NCBI GenBank assembly: GCA_032718475.1
Contig: JAUCBJ010009116.1
Coordinates: 1 to 64,000 of the forward strand
Direction of reading: 5' to 3'
Origin: Nemertoderma westbladi
Lineage: Eukaryota; Animalia; Xenacoelomorpha
DNA: 64,000 nucleotides
Part shown: positions 37,983-50,884 of the stretch, in pieces
How the letters are laid out: every line of letters starts with the position of its first letter
Position numbering within the stretch: the stretch's first letter is position 1
Made by a program: the position numbers and the translations under genes
Notes under the pieces: generated by a model
Databases searched by the model: none
What the model saw: the letters and a program-made list of their open reading frames with translations, nothing else
Told to the model about the DNA's origin: nothing

Positions 37983-39155
37983 TGTTCGCGCTTTTAGACC
38001 TTTAGCAGTTTAACCTACCAATTTTAATTGTCTTTTGTATATCAATTATTTAATGTACTGAAGTTACATCAGCCGAAGCCAGCCTGTGCGCGACCATTCA
38101 CCCACAGTTAAGGGAGACTGGATTCGGATGCTTTGATAGTGATTGCAGTGTAGACCTACTGTATTATTCGATTGATCGTCAATATATAATCTCTGACAAT
38201 ATTATTCACTTTCGGGGAAATATTAACAGTTCCTTTAGGACGTGGCGCTTTAAGTATAAAACAGAGTTATGACTTATACTAATCACAACTGGATGGCTAC
38301 TGAGTTTCGTAAAAAGCGCATTCTTTAGGAGATGCTTTATTAACCTTCACACTACTTACACGACTTCACACCAGTTCACACTACTGCGCACTGATCTGCC
38401 AACCGTCACTGAATTTGATCATATATAAGGAGGATCGCAACTGACACATGTAGGGATTATGAAATAGCACAAACACAATTCACACAAAAACCACTATAAT
38501 GTAAGTCGCAGTTGCTACTGGTAAACATGTTCCTCTAACCTTTAGTAATCAAAGAGATTGGGGGTTTTATGATTATTCATCGGTATTCTCCAAATATATC
38601 AGCAATATATACCAACATAACACCAATTAATAACAGAATCAAATAATGCGGTGAACAGTCAGTATGTGTAGTTGAATTGCGTTGCATAGTGCCGCGGTGT
38701 GGCGATGTTTCAGTAGTTGAATCATTAATAGTTTTACGTTCTTTTAATCAAAGCCATCTGATGTTTCTGATGTTTAGGTCAAAGTCTGAAACTTCCACAG
38801 AAGTACAGAAGAATCCTAAGCCGGTGTTCTGGGCTTAGAAAAGATACACACTGACTGAATTGCGTGGGTTTCTGTAGGCACTGTCCAACACAAAAAGAAA
38901 ATCGCTCTGATTGGCTGAGCCGAACAAAGAACAAAGAGAGATTCAGGTTCCGCGTTGGCAGTAAATCAGCTGACAGATTGCGTCATCTGAGTCATCTTTT
39001 AGAGTATTAAGCGAATTGCGGCAGAATGGCTAGTTATGTCCGCTAAAGCACGCATACAGACATAACGGGTAAAAATGGCTTGTTATGTCTGCTAAAAGCA
39101 CCTACACGGTACATTGCGGAGAAAATGACTGGTTATATCCGCAAAAGCTTTTACA
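37983..39155 (-). repeat. 3' LTR of B2
   Basis: Direct repeat of 48378-49546, preceded on the sense strand by CCCATTTTCTGGGAGCGG. Confidence 0.97.
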
Positions 39156-39233
39156 CCGCTCCCAGAAAATGGGATTTAATTCTATAAAATATAAAAAATC
39201 ACAGTTTCTAAAATATAAAAATACTCTAAACAG

Positions 39234-40783
39234 TTAGTCCTTCTTACGCGAACGGCGTTTACGCAGTTTTTTGAGGCTAGCAAGAGTCCTTTTCTCTTTG
39301 GGGCGAGCCACTTTACTAGGAGGGCTATAACTCCTGGATGAAGGGTGCAATACAATTGCATCGGAAGGTTTAGGATGACGGTCTGTGTATCTGCCGGTCG
39401 AGGTACTCGGTTGATCGGTATCAACCTCAGTGGAACGAGGTCGAACAACCTTCAGAGCGCGTTTCAAGACAGCAGCTCTTACTGGTCCCTGACGATTCGT
39501 CTGCACAAGAGCGGTAGGTGGACCGTGTGTAGTGAGAAATTTCCTCGGTTTGATGGTTCTTTCCGACTCGCGTTCTCAGGCTCTGTCGAAATCGATATGC
39601 TTCTCCTCGAGCTGATTTTCCTCCGCTTGTTGTTGGAAGCATTCGTCTAAAACTCGTTTAGAGAGTAGGGTCGTCCAAGTTCGATATCTTCTTAGAGATT
39701 CTGGATTTCCCGATCGAACTGATATAAAGCTAATTCGCTTACCGCTTGGACTTGTTGCTGCAAATTACGTTTTTCTAAACAATCGTAGGTTCCTTTTCCG
39801 ATCTTTTATCGAATAGTGTCTAACGCGTGCGTACAATTTTCTCCTCCACCTCGGTGACAGGTTGTATTGGGTTAAACCGGGATGATTATACGGGTTGAAC
39901 GGCGATATTAGGTGTCCGCGTCCCAATCCGACTAGGTAAGATGGGCGAATATCTAGGGAGCCCACAACCGGAGTGCCACCGACTAATTGTTCGGGTAACA
40001 CTAGATCTTTGAACAATGAGTACAGCTCAGGAGGATCCGTCATACTATTAGGATCAAGAGTCTGAGGTTTCACCAGGGAATGAGGAGATCTGACCGAGTA
40101 TTCCGGAACTCTGATCATCGGTTTATTTAAGGATCGTTTGCGTCGAGCGAGCGTAGGTGATACGTCCAACAAGTTTCGCTCGAAACTCCCGTAAATATAG
40201 CGAGTAAAACTGTGTTTAGCGCAACGTCTCCGCGGATGTTTATGTCTTTCCGTGTGTTGGTTGGGTCTAGGGCATTCATCGTAATAATACCAAAGACGCA
40301 CGTCTTGTAGGGGAAACGCGGGTGATCTTTCTCCAGTTTTACAATGTCTCTCTCAAGAATTCCAAATATACATTGAAATCACTGCGTTTATCCAGTTCTT
40401 TAACGTCTTCTCTTTCGAGTTGGTTTCGAATAGAATTTTCGTGTTCGATTCTCAGTTTATCGTTCCGACTCCGCTGGGTATGATATTTAAATAGGATCGT
40501 TTCCCTTTCGGTGTCTACATCGTCCATATCTTGTAAATCGATAGGATGGCCAGTAGTTAAGAAGTCCATATACGTACCATTACGATACGTATAGCGAGCG
40601 GTGAATTTTCTATAGTCCAATTCACGCGTGAGTTGTTCCTTGGACATTGGCGGTTCGATATAACGGTCATAGTCCTCCGTAGTAGAGGGACTAGCGTCAC
40701 CGCGTATTAAACTATCAACAATGCTTGCAATGGTAGGGTATATCGCTCCCTGATACCAAGATCATCTTCTATCAACTCAGACA
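39234..40783 (-). pseudogene. B2 accessory 3' ORF (~500 codons, frameshifted; unknown function, basic C-terminus)
   Basis: ATG TCT GAG TTG at about 40783. ORF fragments 40339-40647, 39765-40301 and 39234-39506. Protein-level conservation with B1 and B3. Confidence 0.75.
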
Positions 40784-42570
40784 TAGCTGCTATGTGAGTT
40801 TATCAATATTATAATTAATTATAATTAGGCTAGCGGGCGTCGCTGCCTACCCCTCACGGCCCCCGGACAGCGCAAGATCCTCAGCGCTGATGTACTGTCA
40901 CCGCTGTGTCTATCGCCAACGTTGTAGCTGCACAACGACAACAACAACCAGCGCGAGTCACTCCACTGTCCGTCCCAAGGGCTTAGATTTACTTCAGGTT
41001 CTTACTGCAGGGTTAGGGCTACTTTCACAACTGCGACTCTCTACTGTAAACACAATTTAGTAGTAACATTCACCTATAAACGCACAAATTCCACACAACT
41101 GTCACAAATTTTACACACTCGGGCCATTTGTCCGTTAGTCAAGTGCCTTCCAGAATGTCACGTTATTATTATGTATCCCTGGATACTAGCAGTGCGCTAT
41201 TTATTCCGTATGCTATTCAATGGGGCAAGCTTTTTATTGTTCTTTTAACTCACTTCTAATTCTAGCGTGGTTGTTGCCATGGTGACATTATGGAAGCTAG
41301 CAGTAGAATTAGGGTAATTCTCATGCATACAGATCTGGGATGCTATTTAATAGTAATTCTTTAATTGTCAATATTCCCCCTTATACATGATTTTATGAAT
41401 TTTATCGGCTATTGACTATATATTGGAAATTCTCTCACGCTAATATACTTAATAGGGTGAATCTCCGCTCCCATGATCTATTAATTAATGGAATTTTGGG
41501 AATGTTATAAATTATATAGAATGACAATTTATCAAATTCATGAGAGGATATGAATTTAAATTTATTCCCGTAAATTTTATTATTTAATATTAAAATAGAC
41601 ACAATTTTATTCCAGAACATGTCTGGGGACTGGGATCCTTGATTCTAGGAAATTTGTCTTTTAAGAGTATCAGTAAGTGCTACGATATCTTAATCGACTA
41701 GAATTTTAAAGGATCTGAATTTTAACAGATTTTAGATTTTCTTGGTTTACAACTTCTCAGAGTTTATTTGTCGGCATTTACTCTATTATATTTGTTTTAA
41801 TAGATTTTTATAAATATTAAATAGTTAATATTTAAGATGGGCACCGATTTATTCCAGAACTTGTCTGGGGACGTTAACCATTGATTCTAGAATTTTGTCT
41901 TTCAAGTATATCGGTGGGTGCCGCGATATCTTAATCGACTAGAATTACAGATGGTCAAAGGGTTTAACAGATTTATTTGCGTTGTATGCGACGGTTAAAG
42001 GGACATCACGCTACTATATGTATTATTTTATATACGGTATGAGAGCAATATTGCAAGAAGCAATGTCAGTGAGAAGAGGCAAGTCGTTTCCAAGGTCTAC
42101 CCAGAGCTTGGTTTAGCTGAGACACGAGGATCTAAACTTTGCATTCCTAATACTCTACTTACCAATAATACTTGAGTATAGTAGGAGCTTTATTGTACTT
42201 TAATAAGTACGGATATTTCATCTTACTGTAGTCACGCATTTATAATATGATACGGACAGTAAGGAAAGAGAAAAAGAATTATTTCTCGCCGTTGCACTAA
42301 ATATATAATATAATATAAGTAAGTAAGTAATAAACACTAATATATATTGCACTAATCTATTAAATAATCGCTAAAATAACATTCTACTAAATAAAATTAA
42401 AGAAAACGATTATAATAAAATTACATAATAATACATACATAAATATAAAATAATAAAAACAAATATAAAATAATATAGTCACACACCCACTCCAGACGCT
42501 GTTACGTTGGGGAGTCCCTAGATGTTTGTTGGATTAGGGAGGTGGTCGTGGGAAGAGTATCTTGCCTTCC

Positions 42571-45500
42571 CTAGTTTCCGGACAGTTCTCGGTCTCTTTC
42601 CAGTAAACATAAACGACCAACTGGGCGATTGAGTTGTTGTGTTTCGAATACAATTCCAGGTTTCCTCTTCGTCCTGGAATAGTGACGATAGAAACATCGC
42701 TTCAAATACACGACGGCCTTACAAATCCGATTCCAGGAGCTATAGTGGTTTATCGCTCCCTGCAGGAGAGGTGAGAGTCCCTGCGAGACGTCTGGTGTTC
42801 CAGATTTCCAGTCTCTTTCTCTGATTTCCACAACAGAGTTATTTGCGGCGGGGGAGTTTAGACCCACAGTGTCGTCCCCTGAAATGTGTAGTACAGACAG
42901 ATCAATCGTGGGTTTAAATAACTTTGATTTACTCGTCCGGGTTTTAGGTTTGACTTTCTCCGCTCCCTTGGCTTGTCTAATCTCAGCCGTGGTGAGATGA
43001 GGAGGCCATTCATCATCTTCTTTACTTAGGAAGTCGGGTCCACCTAACCAGTCTGGAGTATCTATCAGTTCTTGAGGAGTTGCTCCTCTGGAAGCGATGT
43101 TGGCTGGATTAATCATCCCAAGGCAATGTCTCCATTGATCTACATTAGAGTTAATATCGTCATTATCTGAGGAGTATGGTGTTCCCTCAGTTGTGGTTGT
43201 CTCTCCCTCACTGATGTCTTCTTCCCATTCACTCACCTGATGGACCTGATCTTTGGGTAGCCTTTCCATGAGTGTCCTACGGGAAGGTCCAGTGAAGTAC
43301 CAACCTACACTTGTTCTTCCCGCATAGGTTTGCAATGGTTGTGGTCGAGCAGGCTGTTTCTCTAATGTCTCAAGCGCCTCATGCGCATTTTGGCCGATGA
43401 GTATCTGTACCCCTGGGTAGTCGGTGTTGAATCTAGTTATCTCATGCTGCTGGGTGAAATCGTCTTCATCCCAGTTATAAGGTTACACTTGGTTGGTAGC
43501 GAAGTTCTTTATCACCACCATTTTTACTGACCTTATACTGTGTTCTCCTAGTTCATCCTGGGGGGTGGACAACGCGCCTACATAGTAGTCTGTAGCTACT
43601 GTAGATTTCCAAACCTGCATAATTCCTGAAAGGTTCAACTTAGTTCGGAACTTGGGTTGTCCAGCAAAGATGTCTTTGGCTAGTTCTTTGTCGATGAATG
43701 TTCCTGTGCTGCCGGAGTCAATAGCTCTTTTTTAACCCGTGGACTCTCAACTGCACTACGGGAAATTCCCGGGTTCCTACGTTGGAAGTTGGCGTTTTCC
43801 AAGATGGTTGTTGGTCCGGAATAGTTAGGGGGAGCTCGCTATCGGTTTCAGTCTCATACGTAAGTGCTCGATACACTGCGGTGTTTATTAGATAACAGGA
43901 TTCGTTTTCGTCGGAGAATTCATCCGTGTAGAATCCTTCCATCTCAGAACTTTGGTCAGTGTCGTTCACATCACTGAATTGGACATGTAGTTCGGGCTCA
44001 CTTACCTGACTCGGGCTGTTTCTTTCGAATTCGGTGTGCAGCAAGATATGATGTTTCGCGCCACACTTAGCACACCTCGCGTCGGAGTAACAGGTTCGCC
44101 GTTGGTGTCCTCGTCTGAAACAATTATAACACAACCGCTTATCCCACTAACCGTCTATCCTTAAGGGATTTCTTCAGGAATTCATCACACCCACTCAAGC
44201 GATGTGGCCCGTCGCACAATACACATTTGGGCTTGATGTTACTTACTTTACCCTGTGTGGTGTTGTGCACACTTGTTCTTTCCTGGGCTTTCTTCCATGA
44301 ATTCTCTTAGGAGACGTGGGAGGAGTTTTTGTTGTCTGTTCTCTCCTGTCACTGGTTCAAGACTTAAATTTACTTACGTCCTTTGGTGTTTTGTTGACAT
44401 AATAAGATCTTTCGGTGTCTTTCCCGCTGTTCTCCTCGTAGGAGGTTTGGCTTTCACCGTCGTCTGTATAACACACTGGTATTACCTTTCTCCTAGAAAC
44501 GGGTTTTTCACTTACCTCACTTTCTGGAGTCTTCTCTCGAGACTGTTTTAGGAGTTGTAATCTTACCTCTCTGTTTAAGAATGACAGAAGGTCCATCATG
44601 GTTGGATCTCTATGTTGTTGGTCCATCAAATATAGAACTCTTTGGTCCAGCGAGTACCTACTCCACCCTTTGGCAAAGTTGATGCTAAGGCTCCTACAAC
44701 CATAGAATTCTGGTATTCATGAGACTTACCTAACCAATCTAGTTGTCTACAGATCTCCTGAATCTCGTCGGAAAACTCTATAATCCCGCTGCTAAGAAAC
44801 TTTCGGGGCGCCATTAATTTCGCATACAAATACCTAGCTATGTTAGTCCTATTACCATACCTGATGTTTAGGGTATCCCAAACTTGTCTTAATCCATCGG
44901 GATGTCCAATAAACTTTAACGCCATTAACTTGGGAGGTCCTTCCAAGCACTCGATGAGGAATCTAAGTTTCTCTCCGTTAGATAGTACAGAGTTCTGTAT
45001 GTTATCTTTATAATATTCATTAAAAGGTAACCATTTCATCTCATCTCCATTGAACTTCACGATCTCTCCCACCTTTACCGCTTGACGGGCTTCGGTTCTA
45101 GCCATTTGACGAGTAAAACTTTCTTGGGCCATCATATTATTTAATATCGAGTTATCGGTATATAAATTTCTCGGATTAGGATCAGGTCTATATGGAATAT
45201 CATTATTAACAGGTTTATAATTACCCTTAATAGGGTTCACTATAGGAGTTTCTACTTCACTAGCAGTATAGATGCGTGTAGGCTCCACACCTTGCACATG
45301 AAATACTTCAGACCTAACAGGTTGACACATTGTTACAGGGGGTGGTGGTACACCCAATTGTATATTTACTAATTTATCGCGTTCTAACGCGATACTCTGC
45401 TGCACTTCTTGCAACGCTAACCTACCCTCTCTTACTGCTCCCTTTAACTGCTGAACAGTCCCTTCCAACTCCCGGACCTGCTGGGAGGAACATTTACAAT

Positions 45501-46398
45501 GTTCCCTCAGCTGCCCGAGCAGGAGACCCATCTCCCACCGTACCTCATCCACCCACTCTACCGCCGAAGCGGGAGCCGCCAACATAGTGGCGGGCGGACG
45601 AGGGATGACGGGCGATAAATCGTTGATGTCTCGCTCGGCGTCCAGGACGGGGATTGACTCAGGGGCTGTTTTACTGGGCATAGTTAGTTTAGTACTGTGC
45701 AAAGGGGATTTAGAGTTAGGATCTGGAAGTACAGGTATTTCTATCACAGAGGGGGTGACTACGAAAACAGGCCTAATTATTTCAGGATCATCCACTATAG
45801 TAGGGAGTCTGTCTACCCCAATAATATGGTCTGTGGATTCAGGATTACCTAAGTCTACACTAGCCAGTTGCCCTCTCAACGCAGGAGGTAACATCCGCTT
45901 GAACGTCTGTCTACGTCCGCTTGGACGAGATTTATTACCTCTACCTTCGGGATCTCTTATATCACCTTCATCGGAGGAGGCAAATCCCTGTCTTCTGGTT
46001 TGTTTCTTCAAGTAATCTTGTTTCGCCTGAAGGTTTTCCAGCTCTAGTTGGGTAGTCGCTTCAGACGCCTTCCGTTCTGCTTCAGCCACTGCCGCTTTCC
46101 TTTCAGATTCTGCCGCGGCCGCTGACCTTTGGTCTTCTATTTGCCGTTTCTTTAATTGTTCCTCTTGTTCCATTGCCATGAGGACCTTAATAGGCCTATG
46201 GTGCTGTACTAGCCAAGGGTCTGACACTACTACTGTAGGGATGACCTTTCTTACAGTAGGAGGGGACTTGGACTTTGGCCTGGGATGTTCTATACTTTGA
46301 TCTTGGTCACAGATCCTTTCAAGACACTGTCCAAGTCTAAGACTCATTCTAACACCTTCCAAAAGACTATCTGACAGTGCCCGTTTTGTGTCAGACAT
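42571..46398 (-). pseudogene. B2 gag-protease polyprotein, disrupted; RT and integrase deleted
   Basis: ORFs 44626-46398, 44357-44629, 43718-44134 and 42571-43335. Same motifs as B1, with a small deletion just before the protease DSG (~43720). Confidence 0.9.
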
Positions 46399-48377
46399 GT
46401 TTGATTGTACAGTTGAATGCCAACTACTATAACGAAAGTTAAAGCAAGTCTAGTAATTCAGTATCCACTGAAAGCCTAGTAATTAATTACCGATACTGTT
46501 ACTCAGTGTAACGTGATATATATATAATATATTAGAATACCGGTATACACTTATAGTATATATATAAGTATTATTACAGACTAGGGTTTGTCACAGAATA
46601 CCGGTATATAATTTCAGCATAAATATATATAAATATATAATAAGCCTACTGTGAATACCGGTATACAGCTAACACTTATAGTATATATAAGTATGATTAT
46701 AGACTAGAATTAATTACAGAATACCGGTATATAATTTCAGCATAAATTTATAGAAATAAATAGAATAAGCCTATCGTAAATACCGGTATGTCAATTATTT
46801 TATAATAACTGAATTTCTGAATTTTAGGGTTACTTTTCTTTACTTTATTACTGTTATTAAGCAGTAGTCCAACTGATATTAAGACCTAATTGATGGATAA
46901 CAGGCCTACTATTTTATAAATCGGTTTGAGTTGATTCATAATATATATATACCCGTATAATGGGTTTTGACAATATTTGAAATAAATGTTATTATTTCTA
47001 GGTAAGGAGTCACTTCACAGAAGCTGAACGCTCTCAGTGGAGTGCTACTTATTGGACACTAAAACAAATAATTCTAATTTACTAAGTTACTTATTACTAC
47101 AAATTATGTACAATTACGGGGTGAGATTACAATCTCTAAATAAACACAAAAAAAAATTACACGTACAAATTTTAGGGTAATTTTACAGGAAATCTACAAA
47201 CCAGCCTAACAAGGGGTTAGAATTTCTGGTTATTACAAACAGACAGGAAACTACGGTATTTGAAAATAATAAAGCAGTAGTAAATATATTGCGTTGTCTA
47301 GATAAGAAAATACCACCGTCTGACGACTTATAGTCTCTAGCTTTACAGCTCTATAAGTACTACGTTATGTACCCGGAATGTCCCTACCTAGAAGTTAATT
47401 ACCGCAGCCTACCAGAGCTAACGTGCCTATTAACCACTTTACAACACAAATATACCACCTACACACTAATTACCTTCGGAAAGTACTGTACACTAAACCC
47501 TAAATTAGGTACAAGTACTTATACAACAAATAACCAGCAGTTAAAATACTTGTACAGCTAAAAGAACCACGGTATATGCTGGAGTGACTAGAGCATAAAA
47601 TCACCAGTCTTTACCTACGCCAAGCAGCCCTGATGTAGTACCGGGGTTAATTTAACTATAACGGTATGTATAACAAGCACAATTACTGTAGGAATAAACT
47701 TGGGGTTGTGTATGTTGCGAATAATCGCATAAACTCTGAATAATAAATATTACGCTACCCGTACAGACTACACAAACAAAATACAGACCAAACGCTGGCA
47801 GACTACTATCAATCCTAAATAAACTACAGTATATGCAGACTCCGAAATGGTTAGTTAGTATGCGTTCTAACCGAGTAGTACGACTTATTCCTTCGGAGGG
47901 GATTTACCTAACAACACTGGATGCCCCCACCTTCCTAACTAGCACTTTATCGGACAGACACTCTACACACACTGCAATCTCTTCAGACCTAACAACAGCC
48001 AGACAACAATCCAGCCTACAAATTATTTATACAATCTGAGCAGGCTTACACGCCTTCTGCAGTTCTGCTCAATATTACACTTACAGATAAATAAAACTGA
48101 CAGAGATAAGTAAACCATACAAAGGAATAAGGGATGATCATCCCTAATCCCCTAACAGCCTACAATATACAATATATCACAATCGAACTAATACTGGTAC
48201 CCGCAAGTACCGGTTCCGGTGGTTAGGTAGTTAGGCCTACAGGTTACCGTCCGACCGGTACATTCGAATTTATTTGCCTACGTGCAATCAAGAGTTTAAA
48301 ACTATTAATGTTCTTACCAGAACATTAGACAAAATATATTTATTGCCTACACTGCAATCAGAAACTGAAACTATTAA

Positions 48378-49546
48378 TGTTCGCGCTTTTAGACCTTTAG
48401 CAGTTTAACCTGCCAATTTTAATTGTCTTTTGTATATCAATTATTTAATGTACTGAAGTTACATCAGCCGAAGCCAGCCTGTGCGCGACCATTCACCCAC
48501 AGTTAAGGGAGACTGGATTCGGATGCTTTGATAGTGATTGCAGTGTAGACCTACTGTATTATTCGATTGATCGTCAATATATAATCTCTGACAATATTAT
48601 TCACGTTCGGGGAAATATTAACAGTTCCTTTAGGACGTGGCGCTTTAAGTATAAAACAGAGTTATGACTTATACTAATCACAACTGGATGGCTACTGAGT
48701 TTCGTAAAAAGCGCATTCTTTAGGAGATGCTTTATTAACCTTCACACTACTTACACGACTTCACACCAGTTCACACTACTGCGCACTGATCTGCCGACCG
48801 TCACTGAATTTGATCATATATAAGGAGGATCGCAACTGACACATGTAGGGATTATGAAATAGCATTCAATTCACACAAAAACCACTATAATGTAAGTCGC
48901 AGTTGCTACCGGTAAACCTGTTCCTCTAACCTTTAGTAATCAAAGAGATTGAGGGTTTTATGATTATTCATCGGTATTCTTCAAATATATCAGCAATATA
49001 TACCAACATAACACCAATTAATAACAGAATCAAATAATGCGGTGAACAGTCAGTATGTGTAGTTGAATCGCATTGCGTAGTGCCGCGGTGTGGCGATGTT
49101 TCAGTAGTTGAATCGTTAATAGTTTTACGTTCTTTTAATCAAAGCCATCTGATGTTTCTGATGTTTAGGTCAAAGTCTGAAACTTCCACAGAAGTACAGA
49201 AGAATCCTAAGCCGGTGTTCTGGGCTTAGAAAATATACACACTGACTGAATTGCGTGGGTTTCTGTAGGCACTGTCCAACACAAAAAGAAAATCGCTCTG
49301 ATTGGCTGAGCCGAACAAAGAACAAAGAGAGATTCAGGTTCCGCGTTGGCAGTAAATCAGCTGACAGATTGCGTCATCTGGGTCATCTTTTAGAGTATTA
49401 AGCGAATTGCGGCAGAATGGCTAGTTATGTCCGCTAAAGCACGCATACAGACATAACGGGTAAAAATGGCTTGTTATGTCCGCTAAAAGCACCTACACGG
49501 TACATTGCGGAGAAAATGACTGGTTATATCCGCAAAAGCTTTTACA
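48378..49546 (-). repeat. 5' LTR of B2
   Basis: Sense TGTAAAAGCTTTTGCGG...CGCGAACA. Confidence 0.97.
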
Positions 49547-49725
49547 CTCCACTATTATCTTGTTCGATTTTGTTAGCTCCACTCTCACCTTGATCGATTT
49601 TGTTAGCTCCCCTCTCACCTGTTCGATTTTGTTAGCTCCACTCTCATCTTGTTCGATTTTGTTAGCTCCACTCTTACCTTGTTCGATTTTGTTAGCTCCA
49701 CTCTTACCTTGTTCGATTTTGTTAG
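49547..49725. repeat. 30-bp minisatellite, exon-proximal part (~6 units, overlaps exon end and donor)
   Basis: Sense unit CTAACAAAATCGAACAAG|GTRAGAGTGGAG. Confidence 0.95.
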
Positions 49726-49852
49726 TTCGTCTATAAGATAAGAAGCTCGATACAAGTCAGTCTTATTTACTTCAATCCATATTCCCCCTGTTGCCTTGGA
49801 GATATCGTAATAAACTCGGAACGGATCTCTCGATGTCGTAATCTTTGTTGGT
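49708..49852 (-). CDS. Host VWA7/hemicentin-like gene, exon (PTKITTSRDPFRVYYDISKATGGIWIEVNKTDLYRASYLIDELTKSNK)
   Basis: Acceptor ttctccgaag|, donor aag|gtaaga, 145 bp, phase 2-0. The Y..I...TGG motif is the vWA C-terminal helix/strand. Confidence 0.85.
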
Positions 49853-50512
49853 CTTCGGAGAAATAATAAAGATACGTATATTTATATATTATATATACAC
49901 AATTAAACATAACAATTTAAAGTTATAATGCTGTATATTACAAAGTGAACACCACGCCGTATTAGTCTGTCCCCCTGGCCGCTCACATATGTAATATGTA
50001 TACCATTTCCTAACTAGCGATCTTTGTGTAAATAAATTAATGAGTTAATGCATACTTACGGAGATAAAAAATTGAGATGATATTTACCGGTATATAAATA
50101 ACACATAGAAATAGTTTATATTAGATAGTCTTGCATGCTAATTATATTAATTGGATCTACTCATACTTTGCAATAAAACTAGTTAAACATTTTCAGATTA
50201 AGAGGAAAATTGTGACGTATAAAGAAATAAAGCTTACTGTTTAGAGCAACTTTAGGCTCCGTCACGTGATTTAAGTGATCGAATAATGAATTGGTTATGA
50301 TGACGGTGTAATTATTATTGACTGTAAACTCAATTGATATAAATAATGTATACTAATTATAGTATTATAATTATACTACTAATTATAGTATGCTTTAAAT
50401 ACAAACCAACATACTAATTATAGTATTGAAGTTCAAGTTAGTTATAGTATAGTAAAGTATGCTTTAAATACAAACCAACTTACTAATTATTGCGACAAAA
50501 TGACTAACTTAC

Positions 50513-50826
50513 ATTTGGATTTGTTTATCTTTGTCCAATGATGTCTTCGGAGGTTTTCTACCTTCAGAGGAAGTAGGAAGTTGTAGTTCATTATCATCTG
50601 ATGACTGAAGTTCTGTATCATTATAAAATATTTGTCTATCGTCTTCAACGGAATTTAGATCTTGCTTTTCATCATTCACATAAGACTTAGAATCATTCAC
50701 CGAATCGGTGGTAAACTTGTATATCAACGTGGAAGGTGGATATTCCGCATTCGGACCCAAATCTTGCGGACCAAATGTGACAACTTCACGGGAACTACAG
50801 GTGTCAAGAGTGAGGAGGAAAACAAT
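50513..50826 (-). CDS. Host VWA7/hemicentin-like gene, exon (IVFLLTLDTCSSREVVTFGPQDLGPNAEY...DKDKQIQ)
   Basis: Acceptor ttccctcttatag|, donor at|gtaagt, 314 bp, phase 0-2. IVFLLTLDTC corresponds to hemicentin VVFVLTGDC. Confidence 0.8.
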
Positions 50827-50884
50827 CTATAAGAGGGAATATAGAGGGAATGCAACTGCGATAATGAAGTACAAAGAACAATAC

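Larger units (their letters stand above)
37983..49546 (-). mobile_element. Bel/Pao family B copy B2, complete insertion (11.56 kb) with 5-bp TSD CTCCA, non-autonomous
   Basis: Near-identical LTRs at 37983-39155 and 48378-49546 (about 15 differences by eye). CTCCA occurs at 37978-37982 and 49547-49551. It holds gag and protease remnants but no RT or integrase core. Confidence 0.97.

Noticed and set aside
39234-39400. Resemblance of IVLHPS...LRKRR to the papillomavirus L2 C-terminus
   Set aside because: It is a short, compositionally biased match with different spacing, and no other viral features are present.
39765-40301. Envelope gene suggested by a furin-like RRKR|S motif
   Set aside because: There is no signal peptide, fusion peptide, Cys pattern or TM anchor, and the motif reads RLRRS in B1.
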